The notes under the pieces: model-generated | Database searches by the model: none | What the model was told of the DNA's origin: nothing | The model's input: the letters and a program-made list of their open reading frames with translations, nothing else | Program-made: the position numbers and the translations under genes | Virus record (IMG/VR): IMGVR_UViG_2791355084_000002 | Span: 36,496-100,495 of that record | Length of the DNA stretch: 64,000 nucleotides | Source of the DNA: a virus | Taxonomy: Duplodnaviria > Caudoviricetes | Strand: one strand, 5' to 3' | Part shown: positions 19,679 to 28,882 of the stretch, one piece after another | Position numbering within the stretch: position 1 is the stretch's first letter | How the letters are laid out: each line of letters begins with the position of its first letter

Positions 19679-19780
19679 AATTACACTTTTTAATGAAGTT
19701 CACAAATATTACACAAGATATAAGAGAAACCTTAATAATACAAGGTTTCAAAGCATAAATTAATTTCCTCCTGGGACGTC
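19679..19780 (+). other. Putative attR of prophage 1 (3' fragment of tRNA-Arg(UCU))
   Basis: CTCCTGGGACG (19768-19778) matches the Bacillus tRNA-Arg(UCU) 3' end as recalled; preceded by ttacac/ttcaca/ttacac repeats and IR gaaacctt..aaggtttc. Confidence 0.55.
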
Positions 19781-20106
19781 TATTGTAAATCGCAGAATAA
19801 TTTTAAGTACTCATACCATTGAAATCACAAACAGAGGAATTGCTTAGGGCGATTAAAAAATCACTCATTCCAAAAATCATGAATGATTTTTATATTTCGC
19901 AGCTGCTCAGTATTATATAATTTTATATTTTTTTGTACCCCAGTGTACCTGAAAAGTGGAGGTATAGGGTGAAACAGATATCACTATTTTTTACTAAATC
20001 AAATATTAAAAATAAACGTCTACACTTCTAATATGTTCTAATTTGAATAAATATAAATTTTGAAGTATGTATATTACTAGGGTGTGTCATTTTTTTACAC
20101 CTAAAA

Positions 20107-20326
20107 AAAGCAACCAAAGCAACAAAAAAGCAACCAAAAATCTGAATGCAGGTGAATATCGGTGAAATCGAAACATTATACAAGTGTGAAAAACCTTGCT
20201 ATAATGGGCTTTGTGATTACATATGAAAGAGGGTAAAAGCATGAATGCTTACGACGAATGTATGCGTTCATGCTTTTACTATGTCTTGATATATCAACGT
20301 TTGTAGGGGTTTTTTGAGGTTGTTTT
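20107..20326. other. Attachment site of prophage 2 (attL or attP-like), core GACGAAT at 20253-20259
   Basis: Long IR 20233-20279 around a 7-bp spacer; AAAGCAAC x3 on the left and an inverted copy on the right; left half reads RBS + MNAYDE. Confidence 0.55.
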
Positions 20327-20480
20327 TTTGGAAAAAGTCACGAGAAATAAACATTTATTCTTTATTTTAGAAAATTGCTTTTAATCATTATATTTTTGGT
20401 AGAATATAACATAGTGTTATTCTTCTTAATTATTTTTAGTATACAATATTGAAACTAGAATATATATGGTGAGGTGAGTC

Positions 20481-22337
20481 ATGAAAATTAGAGACTTGGA
20501 AAAGTATGCAGATAAAGAACCAGGTAAATTAATAGAAAATATAGAAAAATTATTATTAAGAAATAATTATGAACTTGCTTTAAATGAAATTAAAAAATCG
20601 GGAATTTGTATTTCTACTTTTGGGACGGGGAAACCTAAAAATAAAAAACTCTATGAAAAATTATTAGAATTGCTTAAAAAAAATAGAGTTGATGAAAAGT
20701 TAATAAACAAATTTAATCAGGAAGTAGAAGAAATCAATTATCTATATAAACAGTTTAATAAAGAATCAATGCTACCTATTGAAGAAAGAATACCTGATGT
20801 ATATCATGTCTCTGCTTATTTAATAGCTTTAGAAAATTATTTAAGATACTTATCGAATAATTTAAGAAGTGAAGATACTGTAAATATATTTGAAAATACA
20901 ATACAATCTACCGGTGATATTTTAAAATATTTAATTTATTATAAAAAATTACCTATAAATTATTCGGAAAGAGTAAAAAAAGAATATATGGATGAAGCAT
21001 TTAAACATTTTGAGTCTGCGGCAAATCATCTAGTTCTTACTAAAATTTTAGAGTCTTGGACTTATTTTGATGTTGAAATATCCTCAAATTCTAGTATGAA
21101 TTTTTCATTAAATATTATTGATGATTATTGCAGAGCAAAAAATATTACTCACTTGACATTTTTAGATAAGAGGATGTCAAAAATGCAATCGAAAATGCTT
21201 CACAGTATTTACAATAAAACTAAGTTTAACGAAAATGCTGTTCTAGCTCCTGATAACTTCTTTTCTTTTAATGAACTAATAGCTACAGAATTTTTATATG
21301 ACTACTTTAGTACTAAGAATTTAAACTATAAAATCAATGAAATTCCGTTAAAAATATACTTGAGAGCATATGCTGTAATCGAAAGTGCATGTATAGAATT
21401 TTTGAATAAAAAGCGCAATTTATTTGAAATAAATTTAAATTCTTTTTGTTTAGTATTAAGTAAGTCTAAATGGAAAAAGAAGTTTCAAAATGGGGGAATA
21501 CCAATTAAATATTTGAACAAATTGATAAACTTTTTAACTTTTAATAATAAATCAAGTGATTTGTTTGATACTCCTTTTATTGAAATAGAAGATAAACTTC
21601 TGGTTATTCCATCAATTGGTGTTGGTATAGATAGTGCAAGATCTACGCTTTTAAATGCTGCTACAAGAGAGTTTAATATATCTTTTAAAGGAGAAAGATT
21701 TGAGCAGAAAATATTATCCACTTTAAAAGATGTCGGTCTAAAATGTGAAAATATTAAAAAAATAGAAAAGATGGAGAAAGAGAATGAAATATACGAATGT
21801 GATGCTGTATTCATTCTAGATAAAACTTTATTTTTTGTTGAAATTAAAAATTGGCCAATCCCTACAACTTATAGAGAATATGCTTTGTATATTGACGAAA
21901 TCAATAAAACTCACTCTCAACTAATAAGAATTTCTAATTATTTTACTTCTGAACCCAATTTAAAAGAAATTATGAATAAATTTGAAGTAACTGAACCACT
22001 TACAGTAAAGAGAATTATTTTAACAAATGTACCTAATGGAGGTGCATGTAATTTTAAAGATACGATAGTAACAGATGACATTGAATTTATTGGTTATTTT
22101 AAAAGGAGACCACCAAATGAAGTTAATTTAAATAGGGGTTTAGTTACATTAAAACCACTTATTCGAGAATATTATAGTGGCCCTATTAACTCTGATCAAT
22201 TTATTAAATTTTTAGAAGATAAACCATTCGTCAAGTTACAAGATACTAGAATTAACAAAAAAAAATACAATATTAATTTAGGTATAAACATAGAGTTAAA
22301 CGAATTTGAATTTAAAAATTTAGAAATTATTAATTAA
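20481..22337 (+). CDS. Large AT-rich protein with C-terminal NERD/PD-(D/E)XK-like nuclease domain
   Basis: KGERFEQKI...ECDAVF...FFVEIKN in the C-terminal third; DLFDTPFI motif. Confidence 0.6.
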   Translation: MKIRDLEKYADKEPGKLIENIEKLLLRNNYELALNEIKKSGICISTFGTGKPKNKKLYEKLLELLKKNRVDEKLINKFNQEVEEINYLYKQFNKESMLPIEERIPDVYHVSAYLIALENYLRYLSNNLRSEDTVNIFENTIQSTGDILKYLIYYKKLPINYSERVKKEYMDEAFKHFESAANHLVLTKILESWTYFDVEISSNSSMNFSLNIIDDYCRAKNITHLTFLDKRMSKMQSKMLHSIYNKTKFNENAVLAPDNFFSFNELIATEFLYDYFSTKNLNYKINEIPLKIYLRAYAVIESACIEFLNKKRNLFEINLNSFCLVLSKSKWKKKFQNGGIPIKYLNKLINFLTFNNKSSDLFDTPFIEIEDKLLVIPSIGVGIDSARSTLLNAATREFNISFKGERFEQKILSTLKDVGLKCENIKKIEKMEKENEIYECDAVFILDKTLFFVEIKNWPIPTTYREYALYIDEINKTHSQLIRISNYFTSEPNLKEIMNKFEVTEPLTVKRIILTNVPNGGACNFKDTIVTDDIEFIGYFKRRPPNEVNLNRGLVTLKPLIREYYSGPINSDQFIKFLEDKPFVKLQDTRINKKKYNINLGINIELNEFEFKNLEIIN

Positions 22338-22380
22338 GAGAAAAGGAGAAGCTTTATTCTAATATAGAATCCCCTTTTCA

Positions 22381-23535
22381 TTAGATAATTTCACCTAACA
22401 ACTCCGTAAACTTATCATGCATCTTCTCAGTAGCAGCCACACGCATCCCTGAAGTAACATGCAAATAAATCTTAGTAGTAGTATCAGAATTCTTATGCCC
22501 AACACGATTCATAATAAAGTTTAAGTCCACACCAGCCTCTGCCAGTAGACTAATATGTGTATGGCGGAGGATGTAGGTGCGGAATTGTTTGTTGATGTCT
22601 GTGAGGGCGCCGATGCGTCGGACGGATTGGTTGAGCATTTTGACGGTAGGGGGGATGCCCTCCTTGTCACCGAATACAAAGTCGGACTTAGTCCACTCGC
22701 GATACTCGCGCCATAGGTAAAGCTGCTTTAATTTCTCCACTACAATATCATCAATATCGACGGAGCGGACGCTGCCTGCTGTTTTTGGGGGAGTGAGCTC
22801 GAAGTCACCCCTTATACTTTTCTTCGCATACACCGTTTTATTAATGTGTATGACCTTCTTCTCCAAATCGACATCCTCATACTTTAACGCAACGGCTTCG
22901 CCTGGTCGCATACCTGTAAAAGCGATTGCGTAGATCAGTGTGCGATATATGATATTACGGTGTTTGTCCACGTAGCTTAAAAATTCCTTTAGTTCATCTG
23001 TTTCTAAATAAAGCTTCGCTGTATCCTCACTGCTTGCTTCCTCTAACGTCATTTTCTTCTTCGGCACAAAAGTAGCCTCAACAGGGTTCATCTCAATCAA
23101 ACCAGATTCCTTAGCATAGGCAAATAACATTTTGGCTGTATTATGAGTGCCACGCAGCGTATTATAGGCTGTTCCATTAGCAAATAAATGATTGAGCAAA
23201 CCTTGTAATTCGATAGATGTGATTGTGGTTATTTTCCTTTTCGCCATGTATCGATTGAGTAGGGAGATACAGTAGGCACGATGCTCATTTGTCGTTTCCT
23301 TGTTGCCCTTCATACGGTAGAGCTTTAACCAATCTTGGCTAAATTCTTCAAACGTTATCTTCGCATCAAAGTAATATGCTTTGTTTAATTCGGCTATAAC
23401 TTTTTCAACTCTTTCACGTGCTTCAGTCTTACTTTTACCACGACGTGTAATTTGACGGCGTTTGCCAGTGGCAGGATTACGTGGACCTTCACCAGTGCAT
23501 CGCCAAGTTGTCTTATTAATTTGAACGAAATGCAT
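22381..23535 (-). CDS. int: Tyrosine integrase
   Basis: TGMRPGE, KT, LRHTH, RVGH...IY catalytic motifs; N-terminal arm-binding segment (NPATGKRRQITRRG). Confidence 0.95.
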   Translation of the reverse strand: MHFVQINKTTWRCTGEGPRNPATGKRRQITRRGKSKTEARERVEKVIAELNKAYYFDAKITFEEFSQDWLKLYRMKGNKETTNEHRAYCISLLNRYMAKRKITTITSIELQGLLNHLFANGTAYNTLRGTHNTAKMLFAYAKESGLIEMNPVEATFVPKKKMTLEEASSEDTAKLYLETDELKEFLSYVDKHRNIIYRTLIYAIAFTGMRPGEAVALKYEDVDLEKKVIHINKTVYAKKSIRGDFELTPPKTAGSVRSVDIDDIVVEKLKQLYLWREYREWTKSDFVFGDKEGIPPTVKMLNQSVRRIGALTDINKQFRTYILRHTHISLLAEAGVDLNFIMNRVGHKNSDTTTKIYLHVTSGMRVAATEKMHDKFTELLGEII

Positions 23536-23550
23536 TCGCTGTCACCACCT

Positions 23551-23907
23551 TTATGAAATTACTTCCCAAATTACTTTTAGTTTCTCGACATCTTTCTCAT
23601 TACAGTGGGGAAGAGACTTGTACCATTGCTGTAATGAGGGATTGTGGGGAAACGGTTCTTTTAATGCTGGATTATAAGTAGGGTCATCGGACAAACCTGC
23701 AACCTCAATTAGGTTTATGTAATCATATTGATAGGCTGTGGCAATGCGTTGTAATGTTTCAGGTGTTGGTTTGATCGCATTGCCAGTACGACGATCCGTT
23801 CCTCTTTCAAGCATAGCCAAGTAAGAAAACGTAATATCCATACGTTTTGCTGCATCACGTAAAGATTCATCACCACGTAGTTCCTTTAATAACTCACCTA
23901 AACTCAA
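23551..23907 (-). CDS. XRE-family HTH regulator
   Basis: SLRDAAKRMDITFSYLAMLERG HTH. Confidence 0.85.
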   Translation of the reverse strand: MSLGELLKELRGDESLRDAAKRMDITFSYLAMLERGTDRRTGNAIKPTPETLQRIATAYQYDYINLIEVAGLSDDPTYNPALKEPFPHNPSLQQWYKSLPHCNEKDVEKLKVIWEVIS

Positions 23908-24001
23908 AATCGTTCACCTTCCTTAATTTTGAATGCCTAATTGTGTGGGGATCTATCTTTTTATGAATATAATAAAGCTTTATCCCATAGGCTATTCCAA
24001 T

Positions 24002-24472
24002 TCAGAATATTTGCGTTTTTGTTATGTATTGTTCCAAGCGTTTTAAAGCAAAATGATATTCTACATTAAAAAGCTCTTGTAAATGGTGGACATTAAGTGC
24101 ATTCGCTTCATTTTGCTTTAGTTCATCCAACATGAAAGTGGGAATACAAGCATGAAACATAAAATTATTTGCTTTATTCTCTTGGTACTCACGAAATTGA
24201 GCAGACATATGTTCTTGGTGCCCACTGTGTAAAAGTACATGTGCTAATTCATGGCAAAAATCTTGCCAACGTTGCTGATTGGTCAGATTTTCGTTGATAA
24301 AGATGTATGCTTGATTTCCTAAAAAGAGGGCTTGACTATTATCTGGCCAGTAATACACTTTAATTCCAAGATGAATAGCAATCGTTTGAAATTTCAGTTG
24401 CTGGGGTTCAAAAATACCAATACGGAAGTAAAGTTTCTTTATAAAATCTTCAGTATATGTTGCATATTGCAT
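24002..24472 (-). CDS. ImmA/IrrE-family metallopeptidase (anti-repressor)
   Basis: HELAHVLLH zinc motif plus QENKAN; RBS agaggtg before MQYATY. Confidence 0.9.
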   Translation of the reverse strand: MQYATYTEDFIKKLYFRIGIFEPQQLKFQTIAIHLGIKVYYWPDNSQALFLGNQAYIFINENLTNQQRWQDFCHELAHVLLHSGHQEHMSAQFREYQENKANNFMFHACIPTFMLDELKQNEANALNVHHLQELFNVEYHFALKRLEQYITKTQIF

Positions 24473-24661
24473 TCTATCACCTCTATAATAAGAATGTATG
24501 TTCCTATTATATATTAGCAATAAGAAATATAGAATATTAGGATTAAAATAATGAATAAATCAATTCAAAAAGTAATGTATTAATTCTCTTTATTAATATA
24601 AAATATCTTTAATGATAATTATTCCATTTTTGGTAATGGATTAATTTTTAGGAGGTATTTA

Positions 24662-25627
24662 ATGAATAGAGATGAAAGACATATGGTTAGAATTATGTTT
24701 CAACTATTAATTTATAAGTCTGATGGTCAAGCATTTGAAGATTTATTCACTTCTATAATGAGGAAAGTAGATTCTGAGTTTGAAGCGATTAAACCATATG
24801 GAAGAATTGGCGATATGAAAAATGATGGTTTTAATAGAACTACTGGGGAATACTATCAAGTCTTTGGTCCTGAAGATTCAGAAAAAAACAAGACAATTTA
24901 TGACGCAGTACAAAAAGTAAGAAAAGATTTCGAAGGTTTGGTTAAGAATTGGAACCATATTTGCTCACTAAAAATATTTAATTATGTATTTAATGATAAA
25001 TATAAAGGTGCAAATCCGTTAATAACTCAGGAATTAATAAAATTAGAAAATGAAAACAAAGGTATTTTATGCAAATTATTCCCTGCGAAAAAATTAGAGG
25101 ATTATTTTTGGAAACTCTCTGAATTTGAAATGACTGACATAGTAGGATATATTCCCTCAACTGAAATTGATTTGTTAGATTATGACATATTAAATGAGGT
25201 AATACAGTTTATTATGAAACATCCTGCTGAATTTAATTTAGACACCCAATTTAAAGTTCCTGATTTTGAAGAGAAAATTATATTCAATAATTTAAGTAAG
25301 AGTATTGAACATTACTTACATACTGGTAGTTATAGTGAAGGTGCATTAGACGAGTACTTTAATAATAATAGCGACTTTACAAGGAATGAATTGAAATTGA
25401 GGTTTAATGAGTTCTATCTAGAATCAAAGACAATAATTTCTGATCAAGAGGAAGACTACGCTGATAAAAGATTTATGTATATATTCGAAAAGGCGTGTCC
25501 GAGAAATGAAAAGGCAGTTAGAGATTCTACTTTAGTTTTAATGTCCCATTATTTTGAGACATGTGATATTTTTGAAGAACCTGTGAAAGAAGGGAAAATA
25601 ATTGATATTGCCACAAAAACATATTAA
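24662..25627 (+). CDS. Lamassu/ABC-3C effector (LmuA-like): nuclease-like N-terminus plus CTD
   Basis: GQAFEDLF, GD.KNDG...YYQV, EKIIFNNL, HYFETCDIFE motifs; first gene of a tight operon. Confidence 0.75.
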   Translation: MNRDERHMVRIMFQLLIYKSDGQAFEDLFTSIMRKVDSEFEAIKPYGRIGDMKNDGFNRTTGEYYQVFGPEDSEKNKTIYDAVQKVRKDFEGLVKNWNHICSLKIFNYVFNDKYKGANPLITQELIKLENENKGILCKLFPAKKLEDYFWKLSEFEMTDIVGYIPSTEIDLLDYDILNEVIQFIMKHPAEFNLDTQFKVPDFEEKIIFNNLSKSIEHYLHTGSYSEGALDEYFNNNSDFTRNELKLRFNEFYLESKTIISDQEEDYADKRFMYIFEKACPRNEKAVRDSTLVLMSHYFETCDIFEEPVKEGKIIDIATKTY

Positions 25628-25847
25628 ACTCTCAGAATCCATTTTTGGTTTAGGGGGTTTTTTACTAAATTTACTTAATAGCCCAAAGGATATTGATAAA
25701 TTATGGGCGGAATATGAAAATGGTGTAAAAAGAGGAAGTTTTAAAAAATTGCACACTTTTGATAATTTTATATTATCACTAGATTTTTTATTTATTATCG
25801 GTGCAATTAATATAAGTCAGGAGGGTAAATTGAAAAAATGCGATTAG
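25602..25847 (+). CDS. Lamassu/ABC-3C middle component (LmuC-like)
   Basis: MILPQKHI..SES..G, LSLDFLFIIGAI; overlaps both neighbours. Confidence 0.75.
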   Translation: MILPQKHIKLSESIFGLGGFLLNLLNSPKDIDKLWAEYENGVKRGSFKKLHTFDNFILSLDFLFIIGAINISQEGKLKKCD

Positions 25848-27571
25848 TCAAATTATCTTCAAATATGAAAAGCTTCCATACAATAGAATTCAAAGAAGGT
25901 CTCAATTTAATAGTTGGTAGTCAGGCTAACCCCTCAGAAAAAGATAATAGAAAAACCTATAACGGAGTAGGAAAATCTTTAATTATTTATCTAATTCATT
26001 TTTGTTTAGGGTCAAATAAAATAGATGCTTTTGAGAAATCATTACCCAATTGGACATTTGAATTAACTTTTGAAATTGAAAATGAAATTTATGTAACATC
26101 TAGGAATACATCAAAGCAAAGTGAATTTTTTTTAAATGGTGTAAAAAAGACAATAACAAAATTTAGAGAAGAAATGCTTTCGAAAGTTTTCTATCTAGAC
26201 GACGACTCAATACAATTTTTAGGTTTTAATAGTCTCTTCCCAAGATTTATTAGAAGGGACAGAGAATGTTATACTCAATACGATAATTTTGTTAATAAAG
26301 AACAAGAATATTCTAAATTATTGAACAATTCTTATTTATTAGGGCTTGATACTTCTTTAATAATAAATAAAGCAACTACTAGAAAAGAACAAAATAATAT
26401 AGAGAAACTATCTAAAAATATAATGAATGATGATATTTTAAAAGAATATTTCCAATCAAATGTTAATGATGCTGATATAGAAATTTTAGATTTAAAGGAG
26501 GAAATTGAAAAACTAACGAAAAAAATTGACTCCTTTGAGGTGGCTGAAGATTTCCATGAAATTGAAGTAGAAGTTTCAGAATTGAGATTTTTAAAAAAAG
26601 AATTAGAAAATAAAAGAACACTTCTAAATAATAAAATGAAAAATATAGAAAAATCTATTGCTATGCCTGTAGATGAGTCGATAGATAAAGTCTTAGACTT
26701 TTATGAGAAGGCCAAAATAGAAATTCCAAATATTTTAGTAAAGCAAATAGAAGAAGCTGTATCATTTCATGAAAGTCTATTAGTGAACAGAAAAAATCGC
26801 TTATTCAAGGATTTGCAAAAATATAGGAAAGAGCTAATGGAGATAGAAAATGAAATTGGTAATGTAGGCAAGCATTTGGATACAAATCTAAGGTACTTAA
26901 AATCTCATGGAGCTTTAAATGAATATGATGCTCTTAGTAAAAAAATAAATGAATTATCAAGATCCTTACAAAAGTTAGAAGAATATCAAGGGTTAATGAA
27001 GCAATATAAGAAAAAAACAACTGACATAAAAGGTTCGTTGTCTGAACAAAATATTTTAACAAATGAATATTTAAATGGAATTGCTGACTTACAGGAGAAA
27101 ATTATTACAACTTTTAGAGATTTATCTAAAGAGTTTTACGATAAACCTGGAGGAATAAAAATTGAGAATAATGAAGGAGAAAATTTATTAAGATATAAAA
27201 TTAGTGCAAAAATACAAGATGACTCTTCAGATGGTGTAAATGAAGTGAAAATTTTTTGTTACGATATGACAATGTTAATGTTACAACTAAATCATAATAT
27301 GAAATTTTTATTTCATGACAGTAGGCTATTTAGTAATATGGATCCGAGACAAAGATATACATTATTTAAACTAGTATATTCCATTGTAAATCAAAGGGAT
27401 TTACAATATATAGCTAGTATTAATGAAGATACAATCGATTCGTTTAAAGATCTTATGTTAGAAGGGGAATATAATTCAATAATTGAAGATAACATTATTT
27501 TAACTTTAACAGATGATTCGGCTGAAAGTAAGCTTTTAGGTATCCAAATCGATATGGAATATAATAAATAA
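25838..27571 (+). CDS. SMC-like ABC ATPase (LmuB/DUF2326-like)
   Basis: Walker A NGVGKS, long coiled coil, SDG signature variant, Walker B FLFHDS..MD.RQ, QYI. Confidence 0.85.
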   Translation: MRLVKLSSNMKSFHTIEFKEGLNLIVGSQANPSEKDNRKTYNGVGKSLIIYLIHFCLGSNKIDAFEKSLPNWTFELTFEIENEIYVTSRNTSKQSEFFLNGVKKTITKFREEMLSKVFYLDDDSIQFLGFNSLFPRFIRRDRECYTQYDNFVNKEQEYSKLLNNSYLLGLDTSLIINKATTRKEQNNIEKLSKNIMNDDILKEYFQSNVNDADIEILDLKEEIEKLTKKIDSFEVAEDFHEIEVEVSELRFLKKELENKRTLLNNKMKNIEKSIAMPVDESIDKVLDFYEKAKIEIPNILVKQIEEAVSFHESLLVNRKNRLFKDLQKYRKELMEIENEIGNVGKHLDTNLRYLKSHGALNEYDALSKKINELSRSLQKLEEYQGLMKQYKKKTTDIKGSLSEQNILTNEYLNGIADLQEKIITTFRDLSKEFYDKPGGIKIENNEGENLLRYKISAKIQDDSSDGVNEVKIFCYDMTMLMLQLNHNMKFLFHDSRLFSNMDPRQRYTLFKLVYSIVNQRDLQYIASINEDTIDSFKDLMLEGEYNSIIEDNIILTLTDDSAESKLLGIQIDMEYNK

Positions 27572-27578
27572 AAATTTA

Positions 27579-27620
27579 AAATAAGCTATACCTCATAATT
27601 GATGTATAGCTTATTTTTTT
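27579..27620. terminator. Bidirectional terminator
   Basis: aaataagctatac...gtatagcttattt IR between convergent genes. Confidence 0.75.
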
Positions 27621-27967
27621 TCGTTTTTTATTATTTCCCAAATATTACGAAGTTTACGCACAGCTTCTTCATCTGATTCGGGAAGCTCTTTATAGAACAC
27701 ATTCAACTCTGGATCGTTTGCAAAAGCTTGAAAAGCAGCTTCATCTTTTTCTTGTGGTGTGAGGGCAGGAATGTTTGTACGACCTAGTAGGTAATCAGTG
27801 CTGACTTCAAAATAATCGGCAAGTCTTTGTAAAGTATCAGTATCAGGAGAACGGTTTCCACTTTCGTAACCTGATATTGAAACGTGAGTAACATTTATTT
27901 TTTCAGCTAATTGTTTTTGAGTTAATTTTTTTTCAATGCGTAAAGCTTTTAAACGAGTACTTAACAT
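27611..27967 (-). CDS. Prophage repressor (ImmR/CI-like XRE)
   Basis: LTQKQLAEKINVTHVSISGYESG...VSTDYLLGR; divergent from the cro-like gene. Confidence 0.92.
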   Translation of the reverse strand: MLSTRLKALRIEKKLTQKQLAEKINVTHVSISGYESGNRSPDTDTLQRLADYFEVSTDYLLGRTNIPALTPQEKDEAAFQAFANDPELNVFYKELPESDEEAVRKLRNIWEIIKNEKK

Positions 27968-27993
27968 GCGCTCACTCCTTGATAACATTATAG

Positions 27994-28335
27994 TTTAACT
28001 AATCGTTAAACGGAATAGATTTGAATAAAGAAAATAGAATTTAACTAAAAGATAAAAAATGAATTGATTTTAACTCTTGGTTAAATTATTATATATTTAA
28101 CACCATGTTAAATGAGGTGATGGAGTGAACTTAACTAAGTTAAAAGTATTACGTGAAAATAAGAATATCTCATACCGGTCAATGGCGAGTAAGTTGGATG
28201 TTTCATTTCAGTATTATTGGATGATTGAAAATGGAAAACGTGGACTTTCATATGAAATGGCAGTCAAAATAGCAGAGATTTTAGATACAACCCCAGACTA
28301 TATTTTTTTAGATATTAATTTAACTAATAGTTAAA
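27994..28335. promoter_or_regulatory. Five operator palindromes TTTAAC-N5-GTTAAA
   Basis: 27994-28010, 28040-28056 (one mismatch), 28069-28085, 28096-28112, 28319-28335. Confidence 0.8.
28125..28334 (+). CDS. Cro-like HTH regulator
   Basis: 69-aa XRE HTH (YYWMIENGKR), divergent from the repressor. Confidence 0.85.
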   Translation: MNLTKLKVLRENKNISYRSMASKLDVSFQYYWMIENGKRGLSYEMAVKIAEILDTTPDYIFLDINLTNS

Positions 28336-28359
28336 TTAATAGAAAGAGGTGAAAAATTT

Positions 28360-28551
28360 GTGCTAGTTCATGATAAAACCAAGGAAAATGAATCATCTGA
28401 AAATGTAACTTCTACTGGAACAAAGTCTGAAGCAACATTATTGTTTCATGTAATTGAACAAGGTATGCAGTCTTTATTACTTAGAGACAAGTACCTTCGA
28501 ATTCTCATAGCAATTCAAACAATGATACTCATATGTCTATTGTTTAAATGA
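28360..28551 (+). CDS. Small hypothetical protein with hydrophobic C-terminus
   Basis: RBS gaggtg; ORF evidence only. Confidence 0.4.
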   Translation: MLVHDKTKENESSENVTSTGTKSEATLLFHVIEQGMQSLLLRDKYLRILIAIQTMILICLLFK

Positions 28552-28630
28552 ACTTCCTAAAAGTAGTATTGATTCTTTTCTCGTTGTATATGCAGACATA
28601 TGGTCGGATTAACTACTTATTTGAAAGGAG

Positions 28631-28879
28631 GTGAGAGAGATGCGTAAACAAACTTTCAAAGAGTACTTGTTACGAAAGTACCCACCAAATGTAAGGAGTT
28701 TGGAAGAGGCATATTCTTGTAACGTTTGGAACGATTGTACTTTAGAAGAGGCGATAGATATGTCTGATAAAGTGATTGAGCTTTTTAAAGGAGTAAACAT
28801 GACGTACACAGATGCATACGCCATGCTTGGGTTCATTCGTATGGATTTAGACTATCGTTCGGAGCGGGTGAAGTTTTAG
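28631..28879 (+). CDS. Hypothetical early protein
   Basis: Strong RBS aaggaggtg. Confidence 0.6.
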   Translation: MREMRKQTFKEYLLRKYPPNVRSLEEAYSCNVWNDCTLEEAIDMSDKVIELFKGVNMTYTDAYAMLGFIRMDLDYRSERVKF

Positions 28880-28882
28880 TAT

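Larger units (their letters stand above)
1..19778 (+). mobile_element. Siphovirus-type prophage 1, late region (left part outside the window)
   Basis: Co-oriented scaffold-capsid-neck-tail tube-TMP-Dit-Tal-holin-endolysin order, ending at a tRNA-3'-end-like att core. Confidence 0.9.

Noticed and set aside
19765-19780. A complete tRNA gene
   Set aside because: Only ~11-14 nt of a 3' end are present, with no cloverleaf; treated as an att core
20241-20306. Small ORF MNAYDECMRSCFYYVLIYQRL as a real peptide gene
   Set aside because: Better explained as a truncated gene start at a recombination junction, with its start codon inside the inverted repeat
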